Shown in pieces: positions 10,725-20,802 of a stretch of DNA of 64,000 nt (position 1 is its first letter; every line of letters begins with the position of its first letter). The notes beneath the pieces were generated by a model. It had not been told where the DNA came from. It saw only the letters and a program-made list of their open reading frames with translations, and searched no databases. Origin of the DNA: an uncultured Acidimicrobiia bacterium (GTDB lineage: Bacteria; Actinomycetota; Acidimicrobiia; IMCC26256; JAENVU01); assembly GCA_963820025.1 (NCBI GenBank), contig CAWFYL010000001.1, forward strand, positions 1,000,462-1,064,461, written 5' to 3'. The position numbers and the translations under genes are program-made.

Positions 10725-11210
10725 TCAGCGCCGTTCGGCGAAGAACTCACGCAGCAGCCCCGCCGACGCTCCCGCCTCCACGCCCGCCAGGACGGGCGTC
10801 TCGTGGTTCAGCCGCGGGTCGGCGGCGAGGTTGTAGAGCGTCCCGGCTGCGCCGGCCTTGGGGTCGGCGGCGCCGAACACGATGAGCCCCACCCGACCGT
10901 TGATCGCCGCACCGGCGCACATCGGGCAGGGCTCCAGCGTGACGACCAGGGCGCAGTCGTCGAGGCGCCACCGGCCGAGCGTTGCCGCGGCGTCCCGCAG
11001 CGCGAGCACCTCGGCGTGCGCAGTCGGGTCGGACCGGAGCTCCCGCTCGTTGTGGCGCCGGGCGACGACCGCGCCGGTGTCGAGGCGGGCGACGACCGCC
11101 CCGATCGGGACGTCGCCGTGGCCCGGCGCGGCGCGCGCCTCGTCGAGCGCGACGGCCATCAGCGCCTCGGCGCGCTCCCGGCCCACTCCGGCGCCGGCCG
11201 TGTCATCCAT
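10725..11210 (-). CDS. tadA: tRNA-specific adenosine deaminase
   Basis: CDA zinc motifs HAEVLA and PCPMCAGA. ATG at 11210. The first 60 codons of ORF 10725..11390 look non-coding. Confidence 0.85.
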   Translation of the reverse strand: MDDTAGAGVGRERAEALMAVALDEARAAPGHGDVPIGAVVARLDTGAVVARRHNERELRSDPTAHAEVLALRDAAATLGRWRLDDCALVVTLEPCPMCAGAAINGRVGLIVFGAADPKAGAAGTLYNLAADPRLNHETPVLAGVEAGASAGLLREFFAERR

Positions 11211-11406
11211 CGCTGCTCCCGTCGCGAATGAGGAGCACGCATCTTGTCCCAGTGGCCTCGATGCAGCGGTCACGGCCGGCGCGAGGGTCCCGTGCCGGCT
11301 GACCGGGGAACGAGACAATTGGTACAGTCGAGCGCCCGAGGGCGCCACACTGTCGGAGCCGGAGCGACGAAGGCGGCGACGCCGGGACACGGATGAGAGG
11401 ACATCG

Positions 11407-11836
11407 GTGAGGGCTTCGGTCGTGCGACCCCGGGGGCTCGGCCCGTCCGAGCTCTCGCGCTGGCGCGACTTCCAGGCTGCACGCCTCGACCTGCAGCACC
11501 CGTTCCTGTCGGGTGGCTTCGCGCGCGCGGTCGACGAGGTGTCGGACCGGGCGCGGGTGGCGGTCTGCCTACAAGGATCCGCTCAAGACCGGCAACGCGG
11601 TCATCGCGAGCGGCTTCCTCTCCCGCCCGTCAGCGCGCGCGGTCGTGTTCCAGGCCGCGCACGTCCCGGTCGCCACCACGCGCGCCTTCGTCCTCGCGCA
11701 CCCCGAGCTGCGCCGCAACGTGCGTGAGGGCCTGAAGCAGGTCGGCCGACTCCGCGAGAGTCTCACCCGCCCGGCTCCGATCGGCGTGAGCTTGCCTCGT
11801 CCCGGCGACGCGAAGTCACGACGAAACGGGTCGTAG
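11407..11836 (+). pseudogene. Possible remnant of a GNAT/CelD-like acyltransferase gene
   Basis: GTG 11407: VRASVVRPRGLGPSELSRWRDFQAARLDLQHPFLSGGFARAV resembles the N-terminus of CelD-like GNAT proteins. The frame changes near 11560 and only ~430 nt are available, far shorter than such genes. Confidence 0.25.
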
Positions 11837-11846
11837 GCTCGAGCGC

Positions 11847-12233
11847 GTGGCCGAGAACGAGGAACGGGTCGACGCACAGCTGGCGCGAGACGGCGGGATC
11901 TCGTACCTGCACATTCCTGCCGTGGACGCGCGCGCGTCGGCCGAGTTCTACGAGACCGTCTTCGGCTGGGACGTGCGGGGCAAGGACACGAACCGACCCA
12001 CCTTCAGCGACGGGAGGGGCCAGGTCGCCGGCGCGTGGATGACGAACCAGGTCGCATCGAGCGTGCCGGGCCTGTTGCCCTACATCTACGTCGACGACGT
12101 GGACGCGGCGGTCGAGCGCATCGAGGCGGGCGGCGGCGAGGTCGTCGTCGCGCCCTACCCCGAGGGGAACCTGACCGTCGCGACCTTCCGCGATCCGGCC
12201 GGCAACGTGATGGGCCTCTGGCAGGAGGCTTGA
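11847..12233 (+). CDS. VOC-family (glyoxalase/bleomycin-resistance fold) protein
   Basis: 128 aa. The segments HIPAVDARASAEFYETVFGW and FRDPAGNVMGLWQ are typical of VOC proteins. Confidence 0.8.
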   Translation: MAENEERVDAQLARDGGISYLHIPAVDARASAEFYETVFGWDVRGKDTNRPTFSDGRGQVAGAWMTNQVASSVPGLLPYIYVDDVDAAVERIEAGGGEVVVAPYPEGNLTVATFRDPAGNVMGLWQEA

Positions 12234-12276
12234 CTCCGAGTTGACCCCGACCGACTGGACGCGGGCCCGAGCTCCG

Positions 12277-12364
12277 TGGCGGAGGGAGTGGGATTCGAAC
12301 CCACGGTGAGTTGCCCCACACACGCTTTCCAAGCGTGCCGATTCGGCCGCTCTCGCATCCCTCC
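12277..12364 (-). tRNA. tRNA-Ser (anticodon GGA)
   Basis: The reverse complement reads GGAGGGATGCGAGAGCGGCCGAATCGGCACGCTTGGAAAGCGTG...GGTTCGAATCCCACTCCCTCCGCCA. Long variable arm, encoded CCA. Confidence 0.9.
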
Positions 12365-12440
12365 GTACGCGGGCCCGACGAGGTTGCCCGGACGCGCGAG
12401 CCGTGGATCGTAGCGGTGACGCCCCTGCTACCCTGCCCCC

Positions 12441-12717
12441 GCGGACCGTGCTAAGCGGGGAGCCCGTGGTGCCCTGTACCCCAAATCCACGTCATGGGGG
12501 GCCGAATTCCCGTTCGAGGCCCGAGCCGCCGTTGGGAAGGCGACTCGCCAGTGGTGTAGATGGTCGGGTCCTGCGCAACGGGATCTCGTGAAACGAGTCA
12601 GGTCCGGAAGGAAGCAGCTCTCAGCGGGCCCTCCCGTGTGCCGCAGGGTCGCCTGATCTGAGCCGGCAGCGGGCGGCGCGCCCTTCGGTGTCGGGTCGAC
12701 AGCGGGTGCACGGTCCG
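12441..12717 (+). ncRNA. ffs: Signal recognition particle RNA, large Alu-domain-containing (Bacillus scRNA-like) type
   Basis: Universal S-domain motif GTCAGGTCCGGAAGGAAGCAGC at 12597-12618. The 5' segment CCGTGCTAAGCGGGGAG...GGTGCCCTGTACC...GGCCGAATTCCC closely parallels the B. subtilis scRNA Alu domain as I recall it. The 11-nt termini gcggaccgtgc (12441-12451) and gcacggtccgc (12707-12717) are perfectly complementary. Confidence 0.85.
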
Positions 12718-12874
12718 CTTGCTGCTTTTCTGGGTCGCTGCGGCCTGCGCGACTCCGGGTCGTTCCGGCGAACTTGCGTCGTTCGGGCCGCCTGGTGCGG
12801 CTCATCTGACGCAAGAACGGCGACGGGTCGGAGCGGCGCCCGGGGCTCGGGTGTCGGCTGGCTAAGGTCGAGCG

Positions 12875-14728
12875 GTGGCGTTTCAGTCCCTGTACCGCAA
12901 GTACCGACCGCAGCGCTTCGACGAGCTCGTGGGCCAGGAGCACGTCTCCACCGCGCTGCGCAACGCGGTGCGCGAGGGCCGCGTCGGCCACGCGTACCTC
13001 TTCTCCGGTCCGCGCGGCACGGGCAAGACGACGACCGGCCGCATCCTGGCCAAGGCGCTCAACTGCCTCGACCTCGGCGCGGACGGCGAGCCCGACGGCA
13101 CCTGCGAGAACTGCGTCGCCATCGCCGGGGGGACGTTCAACGACCTCGTCGAGATGGACGCCGCCTCGAACAACGGCGTCGATGCGATCCGCGACCTCGT
13201 CGAGCGGGTCAGCCTCGGCATCGGCGCGTCCTCGAAGGTCAAGGTGTACCTGATCGACGAGGTGCACATGCTCAGCAACGCGGCGTCGAACGCGCTGCTG
13301 AAGACGCTCGAGGAGCCGCCCGGTCACGTCGTGTTCGTGCTCGCGACGACCAACCCGGAACGTGTGCTGCCGACGATCCGGTCGCGCACCCAGCACTTCG
13401 AGCTCACCCTGCTCTCGATCGAGCAGATCACCGGCCTGCTGGCGTCGCTGCTCGAACGCGAGGGCGTCGAGTTCGAGCCCGACGCCCTCACACCGATCGC
13501 CCGCGCCGCGGGTGGATCGGCTCGGGACGCGGAATCACTGCTCGACCAGGCGCTCGCCCACGCCACGGGGACGCTCACCGCGTCCGGGGTCGAGTCGGTG
13601 CTCGGCGGCTCACCGTTCGACGCCCGCCTCACGATCCTGGACGCGGTCGCGGCGGAGGACGTGGCCGGCGGGCTCACCGCGCTCGCGGCGCTGCTGGAGT
13701 CGGGCCACGACGCCCGGCGCGTCGCCGAGGACCTGCTGCGCTCGCTGCGCGACGCGTTCCTCCTCACCGCGGGACGCGGCCAGGTGCACGTCGACGCGCC
13801 CGAGGACGAGCGGGAGCGACTGCGCGCGGTCGGCGAGGTGCTCGGCAACGCGCTCGTGGTGCGCGGCCTCGAGACGCTCGGGCAGGCGGTCGTCGACATG
13901 CGGGGGACCGACGCGGCGGATCCACGGCTCGTGCTCGAGATCGCGCTCGTCCGGCTCTGCCGGCGCGACACCGGCGGTCCGTTGCAGGTCCTCGCCGACC
14001 GGGTCGAGCGGCTCGAGCAGCGGCTCGCGGACGGCGCCGCCGCACCCGCGCCCGCATCCGCGGCCCAGGCCGCGAAGGCTGCCGCGGCGATCCCACCGGA
14101 GCCGCCGGCCAAGAAGCGTGCGCTCGGCGCGTTCAAACAGGCACCCAAGGCCGCGGCCCCGCCCGAGGCCGAGGGCGAGGCCGCCACGCCCGCGGCGCCG
14201 GTGCCGGCTGCGTCCGCCCCACCGGCACCCACCACCGAAGTCGCGCTGGACCTCGACGACGTCATCGTCGCGTGGAGCGCGGTGCTCGACGCGGTGCCCC
14301 GGTCGCTGCGCTCCGCGATCCAGGAGGCGCAGCCGCTGCAGGTCGACGGCAACGTCATCACCTTCGGCGTGTCACGGACCCAGATCGACAACGTGAAGCC
14401 GCGCTTCCAGAAGGAAGCCCACGCGATCCGTGAGAAGTTCATCGAGCAGCTCGGCTCGCCTCCGAAATTCAAGTTCACGGTGCACAGCTGGACCGGGACG
14501 AACGGCGGTCGCGACCGCCCGCCGCGCACCGGTCCGACGCTCGATCCCGGTGACGTCGACCCGGGCGACCCGGGCCCGCCACCACCCGAGGACGAGACGA
14601 TGATCGACCTCGTGGACCCGGGCGAGCTCGTGGACGCCCCGAAGGGTGCGGGGCCGGCGGTAGATTCCGTCTCCCGCCTCGAGGACGCCTTCGGCGCGAC
14701 CGTCATCGAGGAAGTTCCCCGCACGTAG
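12875..14728 (+). CDS. dnaX: DNA polymerase III subunit gamma/tau
   Basis: YRPQRFDELVGQEHV, Walker A GPRGTGKTT and a zinc module CxxC. Ala/Pro-rich linker and tau-specific C-terminus. GTG start. Confidence 0.9.
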   Translation: MAFQSLYRKYRPQRFDELVGQEHVSTALRNAVREGRVGHAYLFSGPRGTGKTTTGRILAKALNCLDLGADGEPDGTCENCVAIAGGTFNDLVEMDAASNNGVDAIRDLVERVSLGIGASSKVKVYLIDEVHMLSNAASNALLKTLEEPPGHVVFVLATTNPERVLPTIRSRTQHFELTLLSIEQITGLLASLLEREGVEFEPDALTPIARAAGGSARDAESLLDQALAHATGTLTASGVESVLGGSPFDARLTILDAVAAEDVAGGLTALAALLESGHDARRVAEDLLRSLRDAFLLTAGRGQVHVDAPEDERERLRAVGEVLGNALVVRGLETLGQAVVDMRGTDAADPRLVLEIALVRLCRRDTGGPLQVLADRVERLEQRLADGAAAPAPASAAQAAKAAAAIPPEPPAKKRALGAFKQAPKAAAPPEAEGEAATPAAPVPAASAPPAPTTEVALDLDDVIVAWSAVLDAVPRSLRSAIQEAQPLQVDGNVITFGVSRTQIDNVKPRFQKEAHAIREKFIEQLGSPPKFKFTVHSWTGTNGGRDRPPRTGPTLDPGDVDPGDPGPPPPEDETMIDLVDPGELVDAPKGAGPAVDSVSRLEDAFGATVIEEVPRT

Positions 14729-14737
14729 GAGCCTGCC

Positions 14738-15067
14738 GTGGCGAAGCAGAAGCCGCAGAACAACAACATGATGAAGCAGGTCCAGAAGATGCAGGCCGAC
14801 ATGCTCGCGGCCCAGCAGGCGCTCGCGACCATGGAGGTCGAGGGCAGCGCGGGCGGCGGCATGGTGAAGGCGGTCGTGACCGGGTCCGGCGAGTTGCGCT
14901 CGGTGTCGATCTCGCCGGACGTCGTCGATCCCGACGACATCGAGATGCTCGAAGATCTCGTCGTCGCCGCGGTCACCGAGGCGATGCGCGCGTCGCAGGA
15001 GCTGCAGTCCGAGCAGATGGGTCCGGTCACCGGAGGCCTCGACCTCAGCGCGTTCGGCCTCGGCTAG
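14738..15067 (+). CDS. ybaB: YbaB/EbfC-family nucleoid-associated protein
   Basis: 109 aa with MMKQVQKMQADMLAAQQAL...GGGMVKAVVTGSGEL, in the conserved dnaX-ybaB-recR order. Confidence 0.9.
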   Translation: MAKQKPQNNNMMKQVQKMQADMLAAQQALATMEVEGSAGGGMVKAVVTGSGELRSVSISPDVVDPDDIEMLEDLVVAAVTEAMRASQELQSEQMGPVTGGLDLSAFGLG

Positions 15068-15077
15068 TCGCTGACGG

Positions 15078-15686
15078 GTGGCGTCCTTCTACGAGGGACC
15101 GGTCCAGCGGCTCGTCGACGAGCTCGGCCGGCTCCCGGGCATCGGCCCCAAGTCCGCGCAGCGGATCGCCTACTACCTGTTGAAGGTCGCGCCGGAGGAC
15201 GCGCGCCGGCTCGCAGCCGCGATCGTCGAGGTGAAGGAGAAGATCTCCTGGTGCCGCCGGTGCTTCAACATCGCCGAGGGCGAGGAGTGCAGCATCTGTC
15301 GCGACCCGCGCCGCGACACGACCGTGCTCTGCGTCGTCGAAGAGCCGCGCGACATCGTGGCGATCGAGCGGACCCAGGAGTTCCGCGGCCGCTATCACGT
15401 GTTGCAGGGGACGATCTCGCCGATCGAGGGCGTCGGCCCCGACCAGCTCCGGGTCAAGGAGCTGCTGACGCGGATCCCCGCGGAGGGCGTCGAGGAGACG
15501 ATCCTCGCGACGAACCCGAACACCGACGGCGAGGTCACCGCGATGTACCTGGCCAAGGTGCTGACCCCGCTCGGTGTCCGGGTGACCCGCATCGCGAGCG
15601 GGCTGCCGGTCGGGGGCGACCTCGAGTACGCGGACGAAGTCACGCTCGGCCGCGCCCTCGAAGGCCGGCGCGCCGTCGACGGCTAG
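15078..15686 (+). CDS. recR: Recombination protein RecR
   Basis: HhH motif [13 protein letters not shown], Cys4 zinc finger CRRC...CSIC, Toprim domain. Confidence 0.9.
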   Translation: MASFYEGPVQRLVDELGRLPGIGPKSAQRIAYYLLKVAPEDARRLAAAIVEVKEKISWCRRCFNIAEGEECSICRDPRRDTTVLCVVEEPRDIVAIERTQEFRGRYHVLQGTISPIEGVGPDQLRVKELLTRIPAEGVEETILATNPNTDGEVTAMYLAKVLTPLGVRVTRIASGLPVGGDLEYADEVTLGRALEGRRAVDG

Positions 15687-15716
15687 CGCGCCGTCTCACC
15701 GTGCAGCCGACCGCGG

Positions 15717-16865
15717 TCAGGAGTCGGCGAGCGCCCGGCTGACGACCTTGCCCACGGCCTCGGTCTCGGTGAGGAAGCCGTCGTGGCCCGAGATCGACTG
15801 GATCACCTCGACCCCCGAGTTCCGCGGGATGAGCGCGGCGAGCTCGTGCTGCAGCCGGAGTGGGTAGAGGCGGTCTGACGAGATGCCCGCGATCGTCACG
15901 TCACCCGTGATGCGCGCCAGTGCGGCGCCGACGCCACCGCGGCCCCAGCCGACGTCGTGGTGGTTCATCGCACGCGAGAGCAGGATGTAGGTGTTTGCGT
16001 CGAAGCGCCAGGCGAGCTTCTCGCCGTGGTACTCGAGGTACGACTCGACCGCGTACCGCCCGCCGGACAGTGGGTCCTCGTCGCCCTGGCGGCCCCGCCC
16101 GAAGCGCGCGTCGAACTCCGCCTCTGACCGGTAGCCGACCTGCCCGATGCCGCGGGCGAGGCTCATGCCGCGCCACGGGCCGTCACCCGGCTCGGCGTCG
16201 TAGTAGTCGCCGCCGGCGAAGCGGGGGTCGGACTCGATCGCGCGGATCTGCAGTGAGCACAGCGCGATCTCCTCGGCCGTGGCGCGGGCACCGCAGGCCA
16301 TGACGACGACACGCGGGACGCGGTCGGGGAAGGAGACCGCCCACTCCAGCGCGCGCTGGCCGCCCATCGAGCCGCCCACCACCGCGGCCCAGCGCTCGAT
16401 GCCGAGCCGGTTCGCGAGCGCGGCCTCCACCACCACCTGGTCGCGGATCGTCACTGCCGGAAAGCGCGATCCGTACGGCCGGCCGGTGTCCGGATCCGTG
16501 GACGCAGGCCCGGTCGTCCCCTGGCAGCCGCCGAGCACGTTGGGACAGATCACGAAGTGGCGATCGGGGTCGATCGCCTTCCCGGGCCCGACGATCTCGC
16601 TCCACCAGCCGGACTCCCGATGGCCGGGGCCCGCCGGCCCGGTGGCATGGCTGTCGCCGGTGAGCGCGTGGAGGACGAGCACCGCGTTGTCGCGCGCCGG
16701 GCTCAGGGCCCCCCAGGTCTCGTACGCGACCGTCACCGGTCCGAGCCGGCCGCCGGTCTCCAGCACGTGGTCCCGCGACTCGAACAGGGTCTCGAACTGC
16801 CGATGCCCGGGTGGATCGCCCTCGCGCCAGGCGCCGGTGGCCGGAACAACCGAAGCGGGTGTCAT
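15717..16865 (-). CDS. metX: Homoserine O-acetyltransferase
   Basis: Alpha/beta hydrolase with HALTGDSHA, GGSMGG nucleophile elbow and SDRLYP. Lies immediately downstream of metY. Confidence 0.9.
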   Translation of the reverse strand: MTPASVVPATGAWREGDPPGHRQFETLFESRDHVLETGGRLGPVTVAYETWGALSPARDNAVLVLHALTGDSHATGPAGPGHRESGWWSEIVGPGKAIDPDRHFVICPNVLGGCQGTTGPASTDPDTGRPYGSRFPAVTIRDQVVVEAALANRLGIERWAAVVGGSMGGQRALEWAVSFPDRVPRVVVMACGARATAEEIALCSLQIRAIESDPRFAGGDYYDAEPGDGPWRGMSLARGIGQVGYRSEAEFDARFGRGRQGDEDPLSGGRYAVESYLEYHGEKLAWRFDANTYILLSRAMNHHDVGWGRGGVGAALARITGDVTIAGISSDRLYPLRLQHELAALIPRNSGVEVIQSISGHDGFLTETEAVGKVVSRALADS

Positions 16866-16877
16866 GCACCCATCACG

Positions 16878-18245
<1,368 letters not shown>

Positions 18246-18299
18246 TCAAGTCGGATTTGAGTCGTTGACCGGCTGGGTCGCGACGCCCATGATGCCGAC

Positions 18300-18707
18300 A
18301 TGACGAACGTTCCCGTCCCACCCACCCCGGCCGGCATGGCATCCCCCGTCGGTCCGCCGGGGCAGATGCGCTCACCGGTCACCGTGATCCTGCTCAGCAT
18401 CGTGACGCTCGGGATCTACGGGCTCTTCTGGTACTACCGGGTGTTCGAGGACCTGAAGCTGCGCACCGGCAACGGCGTCGGCGGGGTCGTGGGTCTGATC
18501 CTCGGGCTCTGCATCGGCATCGTGAACATCTTCCTGCTGCCGGCCGAGATCGGGAACATGTACGCGCAGGAGGGTCTCGAGAAGCCCGTCACCGGACTGA
18601 CCGGCTTCTGGAACCTGATCCCGCTCGTCGGGTGGATCATCTGGGTGGTCAAGTGCCAGAACGCGATGAACGCGCGTTGGGAAGCGACCGGCGGTACGCA
18701 CGTCTGA
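18300..18707 (+). CDS. DUF4234-type small membrane protein
   Basis: TLGIYGLFWYYRV motif and two to three TM helices. Confidence 0.75.
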   Translation: MTNVPVPPTPAGMASPVGPPGQMRSPVTVILLSIVTLGIYGLFWYYRVFEDLKLRTGNGVGGVVGLILGLCIGIVNIFLLPAEIGNMYAQEGLEKPVTGLTGFWNLIPLVGWIIWVVKCQNAMNARWEATGGTHV

Positions 18708-18728
18708 TCCGGGTCTAGCGTTGGGCGT

Positions 18729-19148
18729 GTGACGGCGACCACGTTGGCGGCGCGCTCGAGAGCAGCCCCGTGGGTTGCCGGCGGCCTCCTGCTCGGCGGC
18801 TGCGTGACGCTGGCGCTCGTCGACCCGACCCACGGTCCGCCGGTGTGCCCGTTCAAGGCGGTCACCGGGCTCGACTGCCCGGGCTGCGGCGGCACCCGCG
18901 CCGCCCACCAGCTGCTCACCGGCCATCTCGGCGCCGCGCTCAGCTACAACGTGCTCGCGGTGGTGGCGATGCCGTTCATCGTCTGGGGCCTCTTCGTATC
19001 GCTCACAACGATGCTCGGCGGGCCCAAGCTGCGGATGATCTCGCTGTCGCCGACGTGGACCCGGGTCGCGCTGGTCGCGATCGTGGTCTTCTGGGTCGTG
19101 CGCAACCTGCCGATCGCCCCGTTCAACTGGTTGGGCACCGGCTCGTAG
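18729..19148 (+). CDS. DUF2752-type membrane protein
   Basis: CPFKAVTGLDCPGCGGTRA motif followed by TM helices. GTG start. Confidence 0.75.
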   Translation: MTATTLAARSRAAPWVAGGLLLGGCVTLALVDPTHGPPVCPFKAVTGLDCPGCGGTRAAHQLLTGHLGAALSYNVLAVVAMPFIVWGLFVSLTTMLGGPKLRMISLSPTWTRVALVAIVVFWVVRNLPIAPFNWLGTGS

Positions 19149-19165
19149 CTCGCGCCGCAGACGCG

Positions 19166-19193
19166 ACGGGAGCGGCCCGCAGGCCGCTCCCGT
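19166..19193. terminator. Candidate bidirectional terminator hairpin between convergent genes
   Basis: Core 10-bp stem gggagcggcc/ggccgctccc with loop cgca, extendable to 12 bp. It sits between the stops at 19148 (+) and 19217 (-). Confidence 0.5.
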
Positions 19194-19216
19194 GCGCAGA
19201 AGGTCGAACCCGCAGG

Positions 19217-19924
19217 TCAGGCGAGCTGGGCCACTGGCTCGCCCCGGAGGGTCCGGTAGGCGTAAGCCACCGCGATGTACGAGATGCCGTAGGTGAACAG
19301 CAGCCCGACGCCGCAGAGCAGAGCGCCCACGATGTTGATGCCGACGATGGCGAGGCCGAAGACGAACAGCTCGCCGAGCCGGCCCTTGGTCATCTCCTGG
19401 CTCTTCTTCAGGGCATCGATCGGGCTGACCGCCGGATTCTCGACGATCACGAAGCCGTAGAACATGAAGATGATGAACAGGATGATCCCGGGCACGATGC
19501 ACAGGATCAGGCCGACCCACACCATCAGGCCGAAGAGGATCGCGGCGATGACGAAGTTCGCCAGGCCTTCGGTCTCGAACAGCATGCTGACCTCGGGGGT
19601 CTCGCCCTTGACCACCGCGAGGGAGGCCCGGAACAGGCCCATGGTCAGGATCATCGCGACGACGAAGCCGATGATCGAGAGGATCAGGCTCAGGAAGAAG
19701 TTCCCCGTGGCCGAGCCGATCAGGTTCAGGATCACCTGGACCGCGATCACCACGATGGTGATGACCAGCATGGGGCCGATGTTCTTCCAGTACGCGTTCC
19801 AGCCGTAGCCGACGGCGTCGCCGACGCTGAAGCGGGACGCCCCGCCCGGGCCCGGCATGGGCATCCCACCGCCCGGCGGGGGCGGGGGAGGCGGCGGCGG
19901 AGGTGGTGGCGGAGCCTGGGACAT
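19217..19924 (-). CDS. Integral membrane protein with polyproline N-terminus
   Basis: MSQA followed by 13 consecutive Pro, then GYGWNAYWKNIGPML and five to six TM helices. Resembles the membrane protein at 25787..27070 in architecture. Confidence 0.7.
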   Translation of the reverse strand: MSQAPPPPPPPPPPPPPGGGMPMPGPGGASRFSVGDAVGYGWNAYWKNIGPMLVITIVVIAVQVILNLIGSATGNFFLSLILSIIGFVVAMILTMGLFRASLAVVKGETPEVSMLFETEGLANFVIAAILFGLMVWVGLILCIVPGIILFIIFMFYGFVIVENPAVSPIDALKKSQEMTKGRLGELFVFGLAIVGINIVGALLCGVGLLFTYGISYIAVAYAYRTLRGEPVAQLA

Positions 19925-19998
19925 GGTGCGCCCCTTTCAGGGAGAGCGGCGGACTGATCGACGTTAGCGATGGTTGTCGGCCGGAACGCGGCAATCCT

Positions 19999-20778
19999 TC
20001 AGGGGCGACTGGTCTTGGCCGCCGCGACCGCCTCCAGGAACGGCTCCGGCGGCCAGGAGGCGTCGGCACCCACGACCTTGGGGCGGATCCGGGCGGCGAG
20101 CTCGCCGGCCAGGTGGATCCGGGCGTGCTGCTCGAGGGTGAACCGCCGCTCGAGGAACCGGCGCACGGTGATCACCTCGTCGGGGGTCACCGCGCTCACG
20201 TCCCAGGCCGGCGCCACGAGGGGCTCGCCCGGCACCCCGCCCGGGACGGCCGGGTACGCCAGCGCGGCCGCCACCGGGGGGAGGGCCCAGTCCGCTCGGG
20301 AGAAGCGCTCTCGGGCGACGACCGTGCCCGCGGCGAGGTCGCCGAGCCGCTGGTCACGCTCGGTCGCGACGCACGCGATGACCCCGATCGGGCAGAGGAC
20401 GAGCGTGAGCAGGTCCCAGCCGTCGACCAGTCGGAGCAGGTTCCGGACCGCGCTGGGAACGAAGGAGACCGGGCCTCCGTCGGTGCGGACCACCCGGAGG
20501 CCGACTGCGGCCTTCCCCGGTGTCCGCCCGTGGTTCAGCACTTCGAACAACAGGAAGTACCCGAACAGGACGAGGAAGATCACGACGATGAAGACCGCGG
20601 CGGTCACGCCGTTGTGGCCGCCCACCAGCCCGTAGGCCAGGAACAACCCGATGAGCAGGAACACCTCTATCGTCAGGTCGAGCAACCCGGCGATCGCACG
20701 GGAGCCGAGGCCGGCGAGCGTGATCTCCACGTCCACGCCCTCAGGAGTGCTGATCGTGATCCGGTCGTCGAGCCGCAC
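19999..20778 (-). CDS. RDD-family membrane protein
   Basis: GTG at 20778 (VRLDDRITIS...). RDD-type core GRTPGKAAVGLRVV and ERDQRLGDLAAGTVV. The rest of ORF 19999..21453 is antisense to the next gene. Confidence 0.8.
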   Translation of the reverse strand: MRLDDRITISTPEGVDVEITLAGLGSRAIAGLLDLTIEVFLLIGLFLAYGLVGGHNGVTAAVFIVVIFLVLFGYFLLFEVLNHGRTPGKAAVGLRVVRTDGGPVSFVPSAVRNLLRLVDGWDLLTLVLCPIGVIACVATERDQRLGDLAAGTVVARERFSRADWALPPVAAALAYPAVPGGVPGEPLVAPAWDVSAVTPDEVITVRRFLERRFTLEQHARIHLAGELAARIRPKVVGADASWPPEPFLEAVAAAKTSRP

Positions 20779-20802
20779 CCCGCAAACGCTAGAGCCTCCC
20801 GG

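Noticed and set aside
12428-13396. 322-aa minus-strand ORF across the SRP RNA and the dnaX 5' end
   Set aside because: It is antisense to two strongly supported features with low-complexity composition. It is an artefact.
12875-14728. Programmed -1 frameshift site in dnaX (tau/gamma, as in E. coli)
   Set aside because: No A-rich slippery heptamer (A AAA AAG-type) or downstream hairpin is seen. The only Lys-Lys stretch (gcc aag aag cgt, ~14106) is not slippery.
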